Positions 19,198 through 26,287 of a stretch of DNA of 41,827 bases are shown in pieces. Within the stretch, counting starts at the first letter, position 1; every line of letters starts with the position of its first letter. The notes below the pieces were generated by a model, which worked only from the letters and a program-made list of their open reading frames with translations, was not told the DNA's origin and searched no databases. The position numbers were made by a program, and so were the translations under genes. Origin of the DNA: Candidatus Bathyarchaeota archaeon (GTDB lineage: Archaea; Thermoproteota; Bathyarchaeia; 40CM-2-53-6; CALIRQ01); contig JAPWUR010000002.1 of the NCBI GenBank assembly GCA_028275385.1, forward strand, positions 1-41,827. Direction: 5' to 3'.

Positions 19198-19297
19198 TGG
19201 TGCGGCCGCCGGGATTCGAACCCGGGTCACTGGCGCTCCGCCCGGGATCTGGCCGGTTGGCAGGCCAGCGTCTTAGACCAGGCTGGACTACGGCCGC
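19198..19297 (-). tRNA. tRNA-Gly(GCC) with a 22-nt intron at 37/38 (19236-19257), CCA encoded
   Basis: Intron A-CCGG-CCAGATC-CCGG-GCGG-AG forms a BHB with C32-U33-G34-C35; removal gives a 78-nt cloverleaf. Confidence 0.95.
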
Positions 19298-19323
19298 ATC
19301 GGGGATCTTAGCCCGCTCCGGGG

Positions 19324-19331
19324 ATTTAAAA
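19324..19331 (-). promoter_or_regulatory. TATA box for tRNA-Gly(GCC)
   Basis: TTTTAAAT on the minus strand about 27 nt upstream of the tRNA 5' end. Confidence 0.6.
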
Positions 19332-19337
19332 TTTTGT

Positions 19338-19484
19338 TGGTGCCGAGGGTGTGACTTCCACCGGCCCCCAGCCGGCTTTGAACACACGACGCCCCGGTAT
19401 CGGATCCCGGGGATCTTCAGCCGGGTGCTCTCCATCGCCCCTTGGGTCAGGCTGAGCTCTCGAGGGCCATCGGCCTACCTCGGC
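19338..19484 (-). tRNA. tRNA-Phe(GAA) with four introns: 8/9 (19459-19476), 18/19 (19434-19447), 37/38 (19399-19414) and 59/60 (19355-19376)
   Basis: Removing 18+14+16+22 nt gives GCCGAGG TA GCTC AGCCTGGGA GAGC A CCCGG CTGAAGA CCGGG GCGTC GTGTG TTCAAAT CACAC CCTCGGC A CCA (77 nt, all stems paired). Each insert folds as a BHB. Confidence 0.92.
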
Positions 19485-19520
19485 TTCGCCCTCGGCGATC
19501 GATAAGTCCATGGATGGGGG

Positions 19521-19528
19521 AATAAAAA
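19521..19528 (-). promoter_or_regulatory. TATA box for tRNA-Phe
   Basis: TTTTTATT on the minus strand; implies a start near 19500 and a leader of about 16 nt. Confidence 0.55.
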
Positions 19529-19552
19529 TTTTAGCCGCGCGAGCCCCGGGCC

Positions 19553-19897
19553 TTATAAGGCCTCGGATTTGTTGATCTCGATAGTTATGATATCGTTTAT
19601 GCTCGGCTTGCCCAGCCTCTCGTATTCCTCCTCGGTTATCACCATATCGACCTTCGCGTCCCATTGCCCGCCCGCCGGGATCGGCCCGCTGATCACGAGG
19701 CCCCCCGGGAACGCCGCCTCGAAGGCCTGCTGGATCCTGGCGGCTATCTCCTCGGCCACCCTTTGCTCCTCCGTCTTGCCGATGGGCTCTATCCTGGCCT
19801 TCAGGCCCCTCCTGACCAGGACCATCCTGACCATTCCGCCACCCAAGCCCATGACCTGGTGGACCCTCAACTCCATCAACAAGGCGGCGACACCCAA
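19553..19897 (-). CDS. Arcadin-1-like protein
   Basis: Size and C-terminal ITEEEYERLGKPSINDIITIEI match the recalled arcadin-1 pattern (LTEEE...GD.I.I.I). Start uncertain (ATG19876). Confidence 0.6.
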   Translation of the reverse strand: MGVAALLMELRVHQVMGLGGGMVRMVLVRRGLKARIEPIGKTEEQRVAEEIAARIQQAFEAAFPGGLVISGPIPAGGQWDAKVDMVITEEEYERLGKPSINDIITIEINKSEAL

Positions 19898-19903
19898 TCG
19901 GGC

Positions 19904-20767
19904 TTACGGGGGGCCCCTATTAAACCCACCTACAGGCCCGCCCCGGGGCCCGATGACCTCTATCCTCACGGCCTCGTCACCCCTTATCGAGACGCCCTTG
20001 AGCTTGGAGATCATCCCGAGCACCGAGGCCCTTATGATCTCGGAGACGAACCTTTGGATCGGGACCTCGGAGCCATCGACCACGACCTCGGCCCTCAGGG
20101 AGGGCCTCGACCTCACGACCTCGCAATCCCCCACGGAGGCCCTCCCCTCCGCGATCGCCCGGGCCATCCGATCGCAGGACCCCCATTCGCACCTCCCGCA
20201 ATTCAGGCCCGGGAGCGCGGCCTTCGCGATCCAATCGGCCCTACGCTCGAGCACGAACCCCACCGCCCCCTCGATGAGGGCCCCGAGGTCGGCCCCGCCG
20301 GGCGCTTGGCCATATACGCCTATCACCTTGCCCCTGGCCCTCGCCGAATAATATTCGGCCTCCTCGGCCCCCCGGGCGCAGATTATCTTCCCAACCCCCT
20401 CGTCCCCGAGGACCGCCTCGGAGAACCCCTCCAATATCAGGGCGTCCGCGCCCAGGGCCGATGCCAGCCCCTCCAACGAGTCCAGGTCCAGGCCCCTGTT
20501 CACCATCAGGGCCGTCCTGCCAGGGGAGGCCGCTATGGATACCTCGGCCCCGGCCTCGGAGTGCCTCCAAGTATCAGTCCCAGCTCTATCGATCGAGAAG
20601 CCCTCCTCGTGGATGTGCTTGGCCGTTGCCGGCCTATAGCCGCGCCTCCTCAGCTCCCGGACCAGGGCCTCGACGAGCGACGTCTTCCCGGACTTCTTCC
20701 GGCCCACGACGGCTATCTTCGGCAGCCGGGCGCCCCCGGGGGCCCGGGACCCGAGGCCGTGCGCCAC
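19904..20767 (-). CDS. mobB: MobB molybdopterin-guanine dinucleotide biosynthesis protein with Fe-S domain
   Basis: GRKKSGKT, AKHIH, GTDT, ILEGF and LPGLNCGRCEWGSC...C; GTG start after GAGGTG. Confidence 0.88.
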   Translation of the reverse strand: MAHGLGSRAPGGARLPKIAVVGRKKSGKTSLVEALVRELRRRGYRPATAKHIHEEGFSIDRAGTDTWRHSEAGAEVSIAASPGRTALMVNRGLDLDSLEGLASALGADALILEGFSEAVLGDEGVGKIICARGAEEAEYYSARARGKVIGVYGQAPGGADLGALIEGAVGFVLERRADWIAKAALPGLNCGRCEWGSCDRMARAIAEGRASVGDCEVVRSRPSLRAEVVVDGSEVPIQRFVSEIIRASVLGMISKLKGVSIRGDEAVRIEVIGPRGGPVGGFNRGPP

Positions 20768-20777
20768 AGTCCCCACC

Positions 20778-21899
20778 TCAAGCGCCGATCCTGCGCATCG
20801 CTGCCTCGAGCGCCCTTAGGAAGGCCTCGTTCTCCTCCCGCCTCCCGATCGTGACCCTCGCGTGCCGCGGGAGGCCCCAGGCCCCCATGTAGCGCACCAC
20901 CACGCCCGCCCTGAGGAGCTCGTCGCAAATCTCCCTGGCCCTCGGCCCCAATTCGATCAGGATGAAGTTGGCCGCGCTCGGGACGTATTTGACGCCCATC
21001 CCCTCCAAGCCCCGATAAAGCTGCCGCTTCCCGGCCTCGGTCATCTCCCTGACCCAGCGCAGGTATCCCTCGTCGTCAAGGGCCGCAAGGGCCGCGGCCT
21101 GGGCCAGCGAATTGACGTTGAAAGGCTCCCTGACCTTGTTCATCAGCTCTATGACCTCCGGGGAGGAGACCGCGTACCCGATCCTCAGGCCGGCCAACCC
21201 GTGGATCTTGGAGAAGGTCCTGGCGGTTATTACATTGCCCCTATCCTGGTACCTGAGGGAGTCCGGGTAATCCCCGCCCTCCTCATAGGCGTATTCGAAA
21301 TAGGCCTCATCGAAGAAGACGAGGCAATCCCCGGGGACGGAATCCAGGAACCTCTCCACCTCGCCCCTCGAGACGTAAGTCCCGGTCGGGTTGTTGGGGT
21401 TGGAGATGAATATCAATCGGGTCCTAGGGCCGATCAGCGAGGCCATCGCCTCCAGGTCGTACCTATAATCCCTCAGCGGGACCTCCCTCAGCGCCAGCCC
21501 CTCGGCCCTAGCCGCTATCCTATATATCAGGAAGGTCGGGGAGGCCGTGAGGACCTCGTCGCCCTCGTCGGCGAAGGCCCTGATGGCCATAACTATCAGC
21601 TCGTCCGATCCGTTCCCGAAGATCAGCCTATCCTCGCCGACCCCGAGCTTCTCAGACAGCCTTTTCCTCAGGTAATAGCAGCTGCCATCCGGATACCTAT
21701 TGACCCTCGGCAGGGCCTCCCTCAGGGCCTCGAGGGCCCTCGGCGATGGCCCGAAGGGGTTCTCGTTGGAGGCCAGCTTCACCACCTCCCCCAGCCCAAG
21801 CTCCCTTTGGACCTCCTCTATGGGCTTGCCGGGCTTGTAGACCTCCAGATCCCTCAACTCCGGCTTGATCCTCAGCCCCAATCCGATGCGCCCCTCCAA
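20778..21899 (-). CDS. hisC: Histidinol-phosphate aminotransferase
   Basis: KLASNENP, GNGSDE, NPNNPTG, DEAY and RTFSKIHGLAGLRIGY. Confidence 0.93.
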   Translation of the reverse strand: MEGRIGLGLRIKPELRDLEVYKPGKPIEEVQRELGLGEVVKLASNENPFGPSPRALEALREALPRVNRYPDGSCYYLRKRLSEKLGVGEDRLIFGNGSDELIVMAIRAFADEGDEVLTASPTFLIYRIAARAEGLALREVPLRDYRYDLEAMASLIGPRTRLIFISNPNNPTGTYVSRGEVERFLDSVPGDCLVFFDEAYFEYAYEEGGDYPDSLRYQDRGNVITARTFSKIHGLAGLRIGYAVSSPEVIELMNKVREPFNVNSLAQAAALAALDDEGYLRWVREMTEAGKRQLYRGLEGMGVKYVPSAANFILIELGPRAREICDELLRAGVVVRYMGAWGLPRHARVTIGRREENEAFLRALEAAMRRIGA

Positions 21900-22170
21900 A
21901 CGGGGCCAAGCGGGGATTAAAAAGCAATCCCCGGGGGCTCGGCGGCCCCCCGGCCCGCCTTGGAATCCCCCATTTTCGGGCCATCTGGAAATTTTAGCCG
22001 AAATTCCGCCCCCTTTCGCCCGGGATTTGAAAAACTTGATTTATTTGAAAAAAATCAAGAATCAAGTGAGGGGCCCGCGAACCCCCCTCCCCCCTAGGGG
22101 GGGTCAACGGCGTTATAAAATGGGCTCGGATCGAGGGGGAGGGGAGCGATGCATCGGGCGAAAGAAGCTT

Positions 22171-22248
22171 TGGTGGACCGGCGGGGATTTGAACCCCGGA
22201 CCTTCCGCATGCCAAGCGGACGATCATACCAGGCTGATCTACCGGCCC
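22171..22248 (-). tRNA. tRNA-Ala(GGC), intronless, CCA encoded
   Basis: GGGCCGG/CCGGTCC acceptor with G3-U70 and TCCGC-TTGGCAT-GCGGA anticodon arm. Confidence 0.97.
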
Positions 22249-22356
22249 CCGGATAATTCGGGGCCCGGATCGCCCTTATAAATCCTCATCCGGCCGGCCC
22301 CGGCTATCCCAAAGCTTTATCACGGCAGGCGCCGATGGTCCGGGTGGCGCAAGGCT

Positions 22357-22584
22357 ATGAGGAAGGGCGAGCTGCTGATATTGACCCTGCTCCTCTTCGC
22401 CATGCTGATCCTCTCGGGCACCATACCGATCGGGCCGGCGGCCCCCAAGCCCCAGCAAACGACCGCGGCGGCCGAGGTCTCCGCGGCGACCGTGAGGCCC
22501 GTGACCGTCCTCGTCCCGATAAATTCGACCATCGTCTCCGAGATAAGGAGCGCCCCGGCGGCTCAAACGGCCGCGGGCGGATAG
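22357..22584 (+). CDS. Small exported or membrane-anchored hypothetical protein
   Basis: MRKGELLILTLLLFAMLILSG signal/anchor followed by an A/T/P-rich tail. Confidence 0.55.
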   Translation: MRKGELLILTLLLFAMLILSGTIPIGPAAPKPQQTTAAAEVSAATVRPVTVLVPINSTIVSEIRSAPAAQTAAGG

Positions 22585-22603
22585 GGCCGGCGGGCGCGGG
22601 GCC

Positions 22604-22924
22604 TCAAAGGCGGCCCAATAATTCGGCGAAGGCCCTAAGGGCCTCGCCCTCGGGGGCCCCGGAGTGGACCGATGCCAGCGCGAGCTTCCCGAATTTGGCC
22701 GCGAGCCTCTCCGCCAGGGCCCTGCTGGCCATGGGGTGGCGGCCCCCGATGAGGACCGAGGAGACCGAGGGGCCGGCGGAGGGGGGCATCGCGGCGGCCA
22801 AGGTCCCGAGCCTCGGGGGGCCCTCGCTGAATACCCCTATCACGGCGTTTTCCAGCTCCAATAGGCTCGCGGAGAAGAGCCGGCCGCCGATCTCGGCCTC
22901 GGCCCCCCTCAGCTCGGGCCGCAT
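22604..22924 (-). CDS. Conserved hypothetical protein, proteasome assembly chaperone 4 (PAC4)-like
   Basis: LENA...SEG..RLGTL....P...SSVL....S..LAERLA.K pattern recalled for the PAC4 family. Confidence 0.55.
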   Translation of the reverse strand: MRPELRGAEAEIGGRLFSASLLELENAVIGVFSEGPPRLGTLAAAMPPSAGPSVSSVLIGGRHPMASRALAERLAAKFGKLALASVHSGAPEGEALRAFAELLGRL

Positions 22925-22929
22925 CGGGC

Positions 22930-24012
22930 CTAAAGCTCCTCCCCCTCCTCCGAGACCCTCATCCCGCCGGCCTCTATTATGGCGACGGGGCCCCCGTACC
23001 CGGTATAGGCCCTTATCACCCCCCTGGACCTATCCAGGCCCTTCATCAAGCCCAGGCCCAGGAGGAACCCATCCCCGTCCTCGAGGCCCAGCAGGGTGTT
23101 ATCGGCGACCTTCCCCTGGAACCCCCGGAGCTCGACGGAGGCCAGGCCGAACTCCCTGATGCGGCCCGGGGATAGGGCCCTCCGGAACCTCGCCCTCCTA
23201 TAGGCCCTCCTATCCTCCCTGGGCTTGAACCTCGCCATCTCGGGGGCCTCTATCCGGATCAGGGGGGCCGAGATCGCGCCCTCAAGCCCCCATAGCTCGC
23301 CTATCCCAACCACCAGGCCCGGGCGCAGCTCCTCGATCATCCTGGCCTTGTAGGGGACGCCATCGCCCTCCAGCCACCCGTCCGTGTTCACGATGGCCGC
23401 GGGGCCCCCGGAGAGCCTCTCGATCAAAACCCCGATCCCGCGGATTATCCTCTCCTCCACCCCATGCGGGCTCACCCGGCCGATGAATATCGAGAGCTCG
23501 GGGGAGAGCTCCGAGAGGGAGCTCATGGCCGATCCGGCTCTGGAGGCGCATATGGTCCCCGGCGGGCCGATCTCGCATTGGCCTACGTCGGCGTCTATCA
23601 CCAAGGCCCGGCCGGCCCTTTCGATGAAGCCGTTCGCCGCCATTATGGAGAATGCGTTCTTCCCGGAATCCGGGCCTCCGACGACCAGGATCGGGCCGCG
23701 ATCCATCCCCCAAACGGCCTCGAGGGCGTCCCTCCAGGAGCGCGGTATCGGGTCCCCCTGGACCCTCCTCAGGTCCCCGCCCTCGCCAAGCCTAACGGAT
23801 AGGACGGAATCCTCCCTGAAGGCCATGGGCAGGCTGTTCCCGGATCTCACCAGGATGGGCCTCCCCGGGCCCAGGATGGCCCCGAAGGCCTCGATGGACC
23901 CGGCCCTGAGGCGCGCTAGGGCCGGGCCGGAGAGTATAGCGAACTCCCCGGCCCCGAACTCGAAATCCCCCACCTTCCCCTTGGCGATCTCGCCGGCGCC
24001 CCCGGGATCCAA
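22930..24012 (-). CDS. clp1: Clp1/Grc3-family polynucleotide 5'-OH kinase
   Basis: GGPDSGKN, DADVGQ..IGPPG, VNTDGW and R...R...R lid. Confidence 0.85.
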   Translation of the reverse strand: MDPGGAGEIAKGKVGDFEFGAGEFAILSGPALARLRAGSIEAFGAILGPGRPILVRSGNSLPMAFREDSVLSVRLGEGGDLRRVQGDPIPRSWRDALEAVWGMDRGPILVVGGPDSGKNAFSIMAANGFIERAGRALVIDADVGQCEIGPPGTICASRAGSAMSSLSELSPELSIFIGRVSPHGVEERIIRGIGVLIERLSGGPAAIVNTDGWLEGDGVPYKARMIEELRPGLVVGIGELWGLEGAISAPLIRIEAPEMARFKPREDRRAYRRARFRRALSPGRIREFGLASVELRGFQGKVADNTLLGLEDGDGFLLGLGLMKGLDRSRGVIRAYTGYGGPVAIIEAGGMRVSEEGEEL

Positions 24013-24018
24013 GCACCC

Positions 24019-24453
24019 TCACCCGCTGAGGAAGCCTATCTTCCTGAGGAGCCTCGCGGCGGTCTTGGTCAATTCCCCAGGCTTGATCTCGTCCCTCTTG
24101 AACCACCTCGCCTCTTCCGCGTCCCCCGATGCCGCCGGGGATCCCCCGAGGGGCTCGGCCAGGAAATCCACGAGGACGTAATGGAACCTCACCCTGCCCT
24201 CCTCATCCCTCACTATGTTATCCACCACGTCCAAGAGCTCCCCCACCTCGACCTCCATCCCTGTCTCCTCCAATATCTCGCGCTTCACCGCGTCCCTCAA
24301 CCGCTCCCCGAGCTCCACCAAGCCCCCGGGTATGGACCAAAGGCCCTTCCCGGGCTCGTGCTTCCGCTTGACCAGGAGCACCTCCCCATCCCTGAGCACC
24401 ACCGCGCCGACCCCGACCATCGGGGCCCTCGGATATTCCCTGCCGGAGGCCAT
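24019..24453 (-). CDS. NUDIX hydrolase
   Basis: Nudix box GGLVELGE...REILEETG. Confidence 0.95.
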   Translation of the reverse strand: MASGREYPRAPMVGVGAVVLRDGEVLLVKRKHEPGKGLWSIPGGLVELGERLRDAVKREILEETGMEVEVGELLDVVDNIVRDEEGRVRFHYVLVDFLAEPLGGSPAASGDAEEARWFKRDEIKPGELTKTAARLLRKIGFLSG

Positions 24454-24535
24454 CGCGCCATTCCGCCGCTGGAATCGTTAATTAACCCGATCCCAAATCC
24501 GAGGGGGAATATAAAATAGAAGCGATGCGCGGGGG

Positions 24536-25228
24536 TTGATCGAGGTCCGAAGGATAAGCACCGGATGCGGCGCCCTGGACGCCCTAATGGGAGGTGGCTA
24601 TCCGATCGGGCACTTGAGCCTAATATACGGCGAGGCGTCGAGCGGAAAGACCACCTTGGCCCTGATGGCTAGCGCGGAGCGGGCGAGGGCCGGGCTCAAG
24701 GTCCTATACGTGGATTCGGATGGGCGCTTCCCATGCGAGAGGTTCCTCAAGATCGCCGGGGACCCGGATTGCCTCGATATGCTCCTGCTATCGTCCCCAT
24801 CAAGCTTCTGGGATCAGAATAGGCTGATATTGGGGTTGGGGGCCTTCCTAATGCCGAGCGCCGGCCTCGTGGTAGTCGATTCGATAACGTCATTATATAG
24901 GTTGGCCGTCGGATCCGGCGATGATGCCGTGGCGCTGAGCAAGGGCCTATCGAAGCAGCTGGCGTACCTGAGGTGCCTATCCAGGGATAGGGGCCTGCCG
25001 ATCCTGATAACCTCCCAGGTCAGGTGGTCGGGCGGGGATTCCGTGGAGCCGGTCGCGAAGAGGATATTGGAATATTGGTCCGACGCCATCATAAGCCTCA
25101 GGAGGGCCCGGGACGGGCTCAGGGAGGTCTCCATACTCAGGAACCCGGGCTCGGGGGGCTTGGGGAGGGGCCTCTTCCTAATGGGGGATAGGGGATTGGC
25201 CGAGCCCCGCGGCCCGATCCCTTTTTAG
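24536..25228 (+). CDS. radB: RadB recombinase paralog
   Basis: ISTGC..LD.LMGGG, GEASSGKT, VVDSI and TSQV; about 230 aa, lacking the RadA N-terminal domain. Confidence 0.8.
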   Translation: MIEVRRISTGCGALDALMGGGYPIGHLSLIYGEASSGKTTLALMASAERARAGLKVLYVDSDGRFPCERFLKIAGDPDCLDMLLLSSPSSFWDQNRLILGLGAFLMPSAGLVVVDSITSLYRLAVGSGDDAVALSKGLSKQLAYLRCLSRDRGLPILITSQVRWSGGDSVEPVAKRILEYWSDAIISLRRARDGLREVSILRNPGSGGLGRGLFLMGDRGLAEPRGPIPF

Positions 25229-25254
25229 GCGGATGGACGCCTCATAGGGCCGGC

Positions 25255-25761
25255 ATGGCCGCGCTGATAGGCTATGAGGAGGCCCTATGGGCCCTTTACT
25301 TCATCATACCCGCATATTCCTCCAACTCCCTCCCGACGATCTTCAAGGGGGGCCCGCCGATAGATGGCGGGAGGCTCTTCATAGATGGGAGGAGGGTCTT
25401 CGGCCCGACCAAGACCGTCAGGGGGTTCCTGGGGGGCCTCATAGGGGGCTCGCTCTTCGGCCTCCTTGAATCGGCCCTCCTGGGGTGGGGGCTGTTCCCG
25501 TTCGCCCTGCTCGTCTCGGCCGGGGCGCTATTGGGGGACCTATTCGGATCCTTCGTGAAGAGGCGCTTGGGCCTACCGCCCGGCTTCCCGGCGCCGCTCC
25601 TGGATCAATTGGATTTCGTCCTGGGGGGATTGGCCCTCTCCTGCCCGCTCTACGGGCTCCCGCTGGGCTCCATAGCCATATTATTGGCCATAACCCCACC
25701 CATCCACCTCGCGGCCAATTACCTGGCCCATAGGGCTGGGCTCAAGGATCGGCCCTGGTGA
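25255..25761 (+). CDS. carS: CDP-archaeol synthase
   Basis: PAY.SN..P, PIDGG, DGRR.FG..KT.RG, GDL.GSF.KRR and LDQLDF. Confidence 0.92.
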   Translation: MAALIGYEEALWALYFIIPAYSSNSLPTIFKGGPPIDGGRLFIDGRRVFGPTKTVRGFLGGLIGGSLFGLLESALLGWGLFPFALLVSAGALLGDLFGSFVKRRLGLPPGFPAPLLDQLDFVLGGLALSCPLYGLPLGSIAILLAITPPIHLAANYLAHRAGLKDRPW

Positions 25762-25770
25762 TCGATCGGC

Positions 25771-26196
25771 TCATCCGACCTTTTGGTTGAGGAGGGAGAG
25801 GGAGTAGAAGACGGCGAGGAGGACCAAGGAGAACCCTACGATCAAGTTCAGGTAGGCCTCCCTCGGCCTATAGACGAGCCTGGTGCTCTTATGGAGCAGG
25901 TAGAGGCCCGCGAACCCGAGGATATAGAGGATGGCGGCGACTAGGCTCTCGTTCAGGGTTTGGGCGTTTATGCTCCCGGGGTAGATGAACGACCAACGCC
26001 CCTCCCCGATGGATACCATGGCGAAGGGCCTCTCCAGGAGGTTGTATATCCCGCCCATCAGGGCGAATACGCTGAAGGCCACCGTGGCCACCAGGAGCAG
26101 CGCGGATATCGATTTGAACGGGGCGGCGGCCCTCGGCTCGAATCGCTTGGCGGCCACCCTCATCCTCCATAGGGCCTTCGATATCCTCCTCGACAT
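25771..26196 (-). CDS. Three-TM membrane protein resembling OST3/OST6/DC2 oligosaccharyltransferase subunits
   Basis: GGIYNLLERP...FIYPGSINAQTLNESL...G..GL pattern. Confidence 0.6.
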   Translation of the reverse strand: MSRRISKALWRMRVAAKRFEPRAAAPFKSISALLLVATVAFSVFALMGGIYNLLERPFAMVSIGEGRWSFIYPGSINAQTLNESLVAAILYILGFAGLYLLHKSTRLVYRPREAYLNLIVGFSLVLLAVFYSLSLLNQKVG

Positions 26197-26287
26197 GCCC
26201 GATCGCCGATTTGGGGGGCCCCCGAGAAATATTTAACTATTGTCTCCCCCATTTGGAACCCATCCGAAACGGCCCGCGGTGATCCTG

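Noticed and set aside
17443..19297. Integrated element with att sites at tRNA-Gly
   Set aside because: The repeats are inverted, both are complete tRNA genes, and there is no integrase.
19478..19496. A fifth (12-nt) intron in tRNA-Phe, taking the upstream GCCGAGG as the true 5' end
   Set aside because: The registers I tested for the 12-nt insert give no 4-bp central helix with BHB geometry, so it is better explained as leader sequence.
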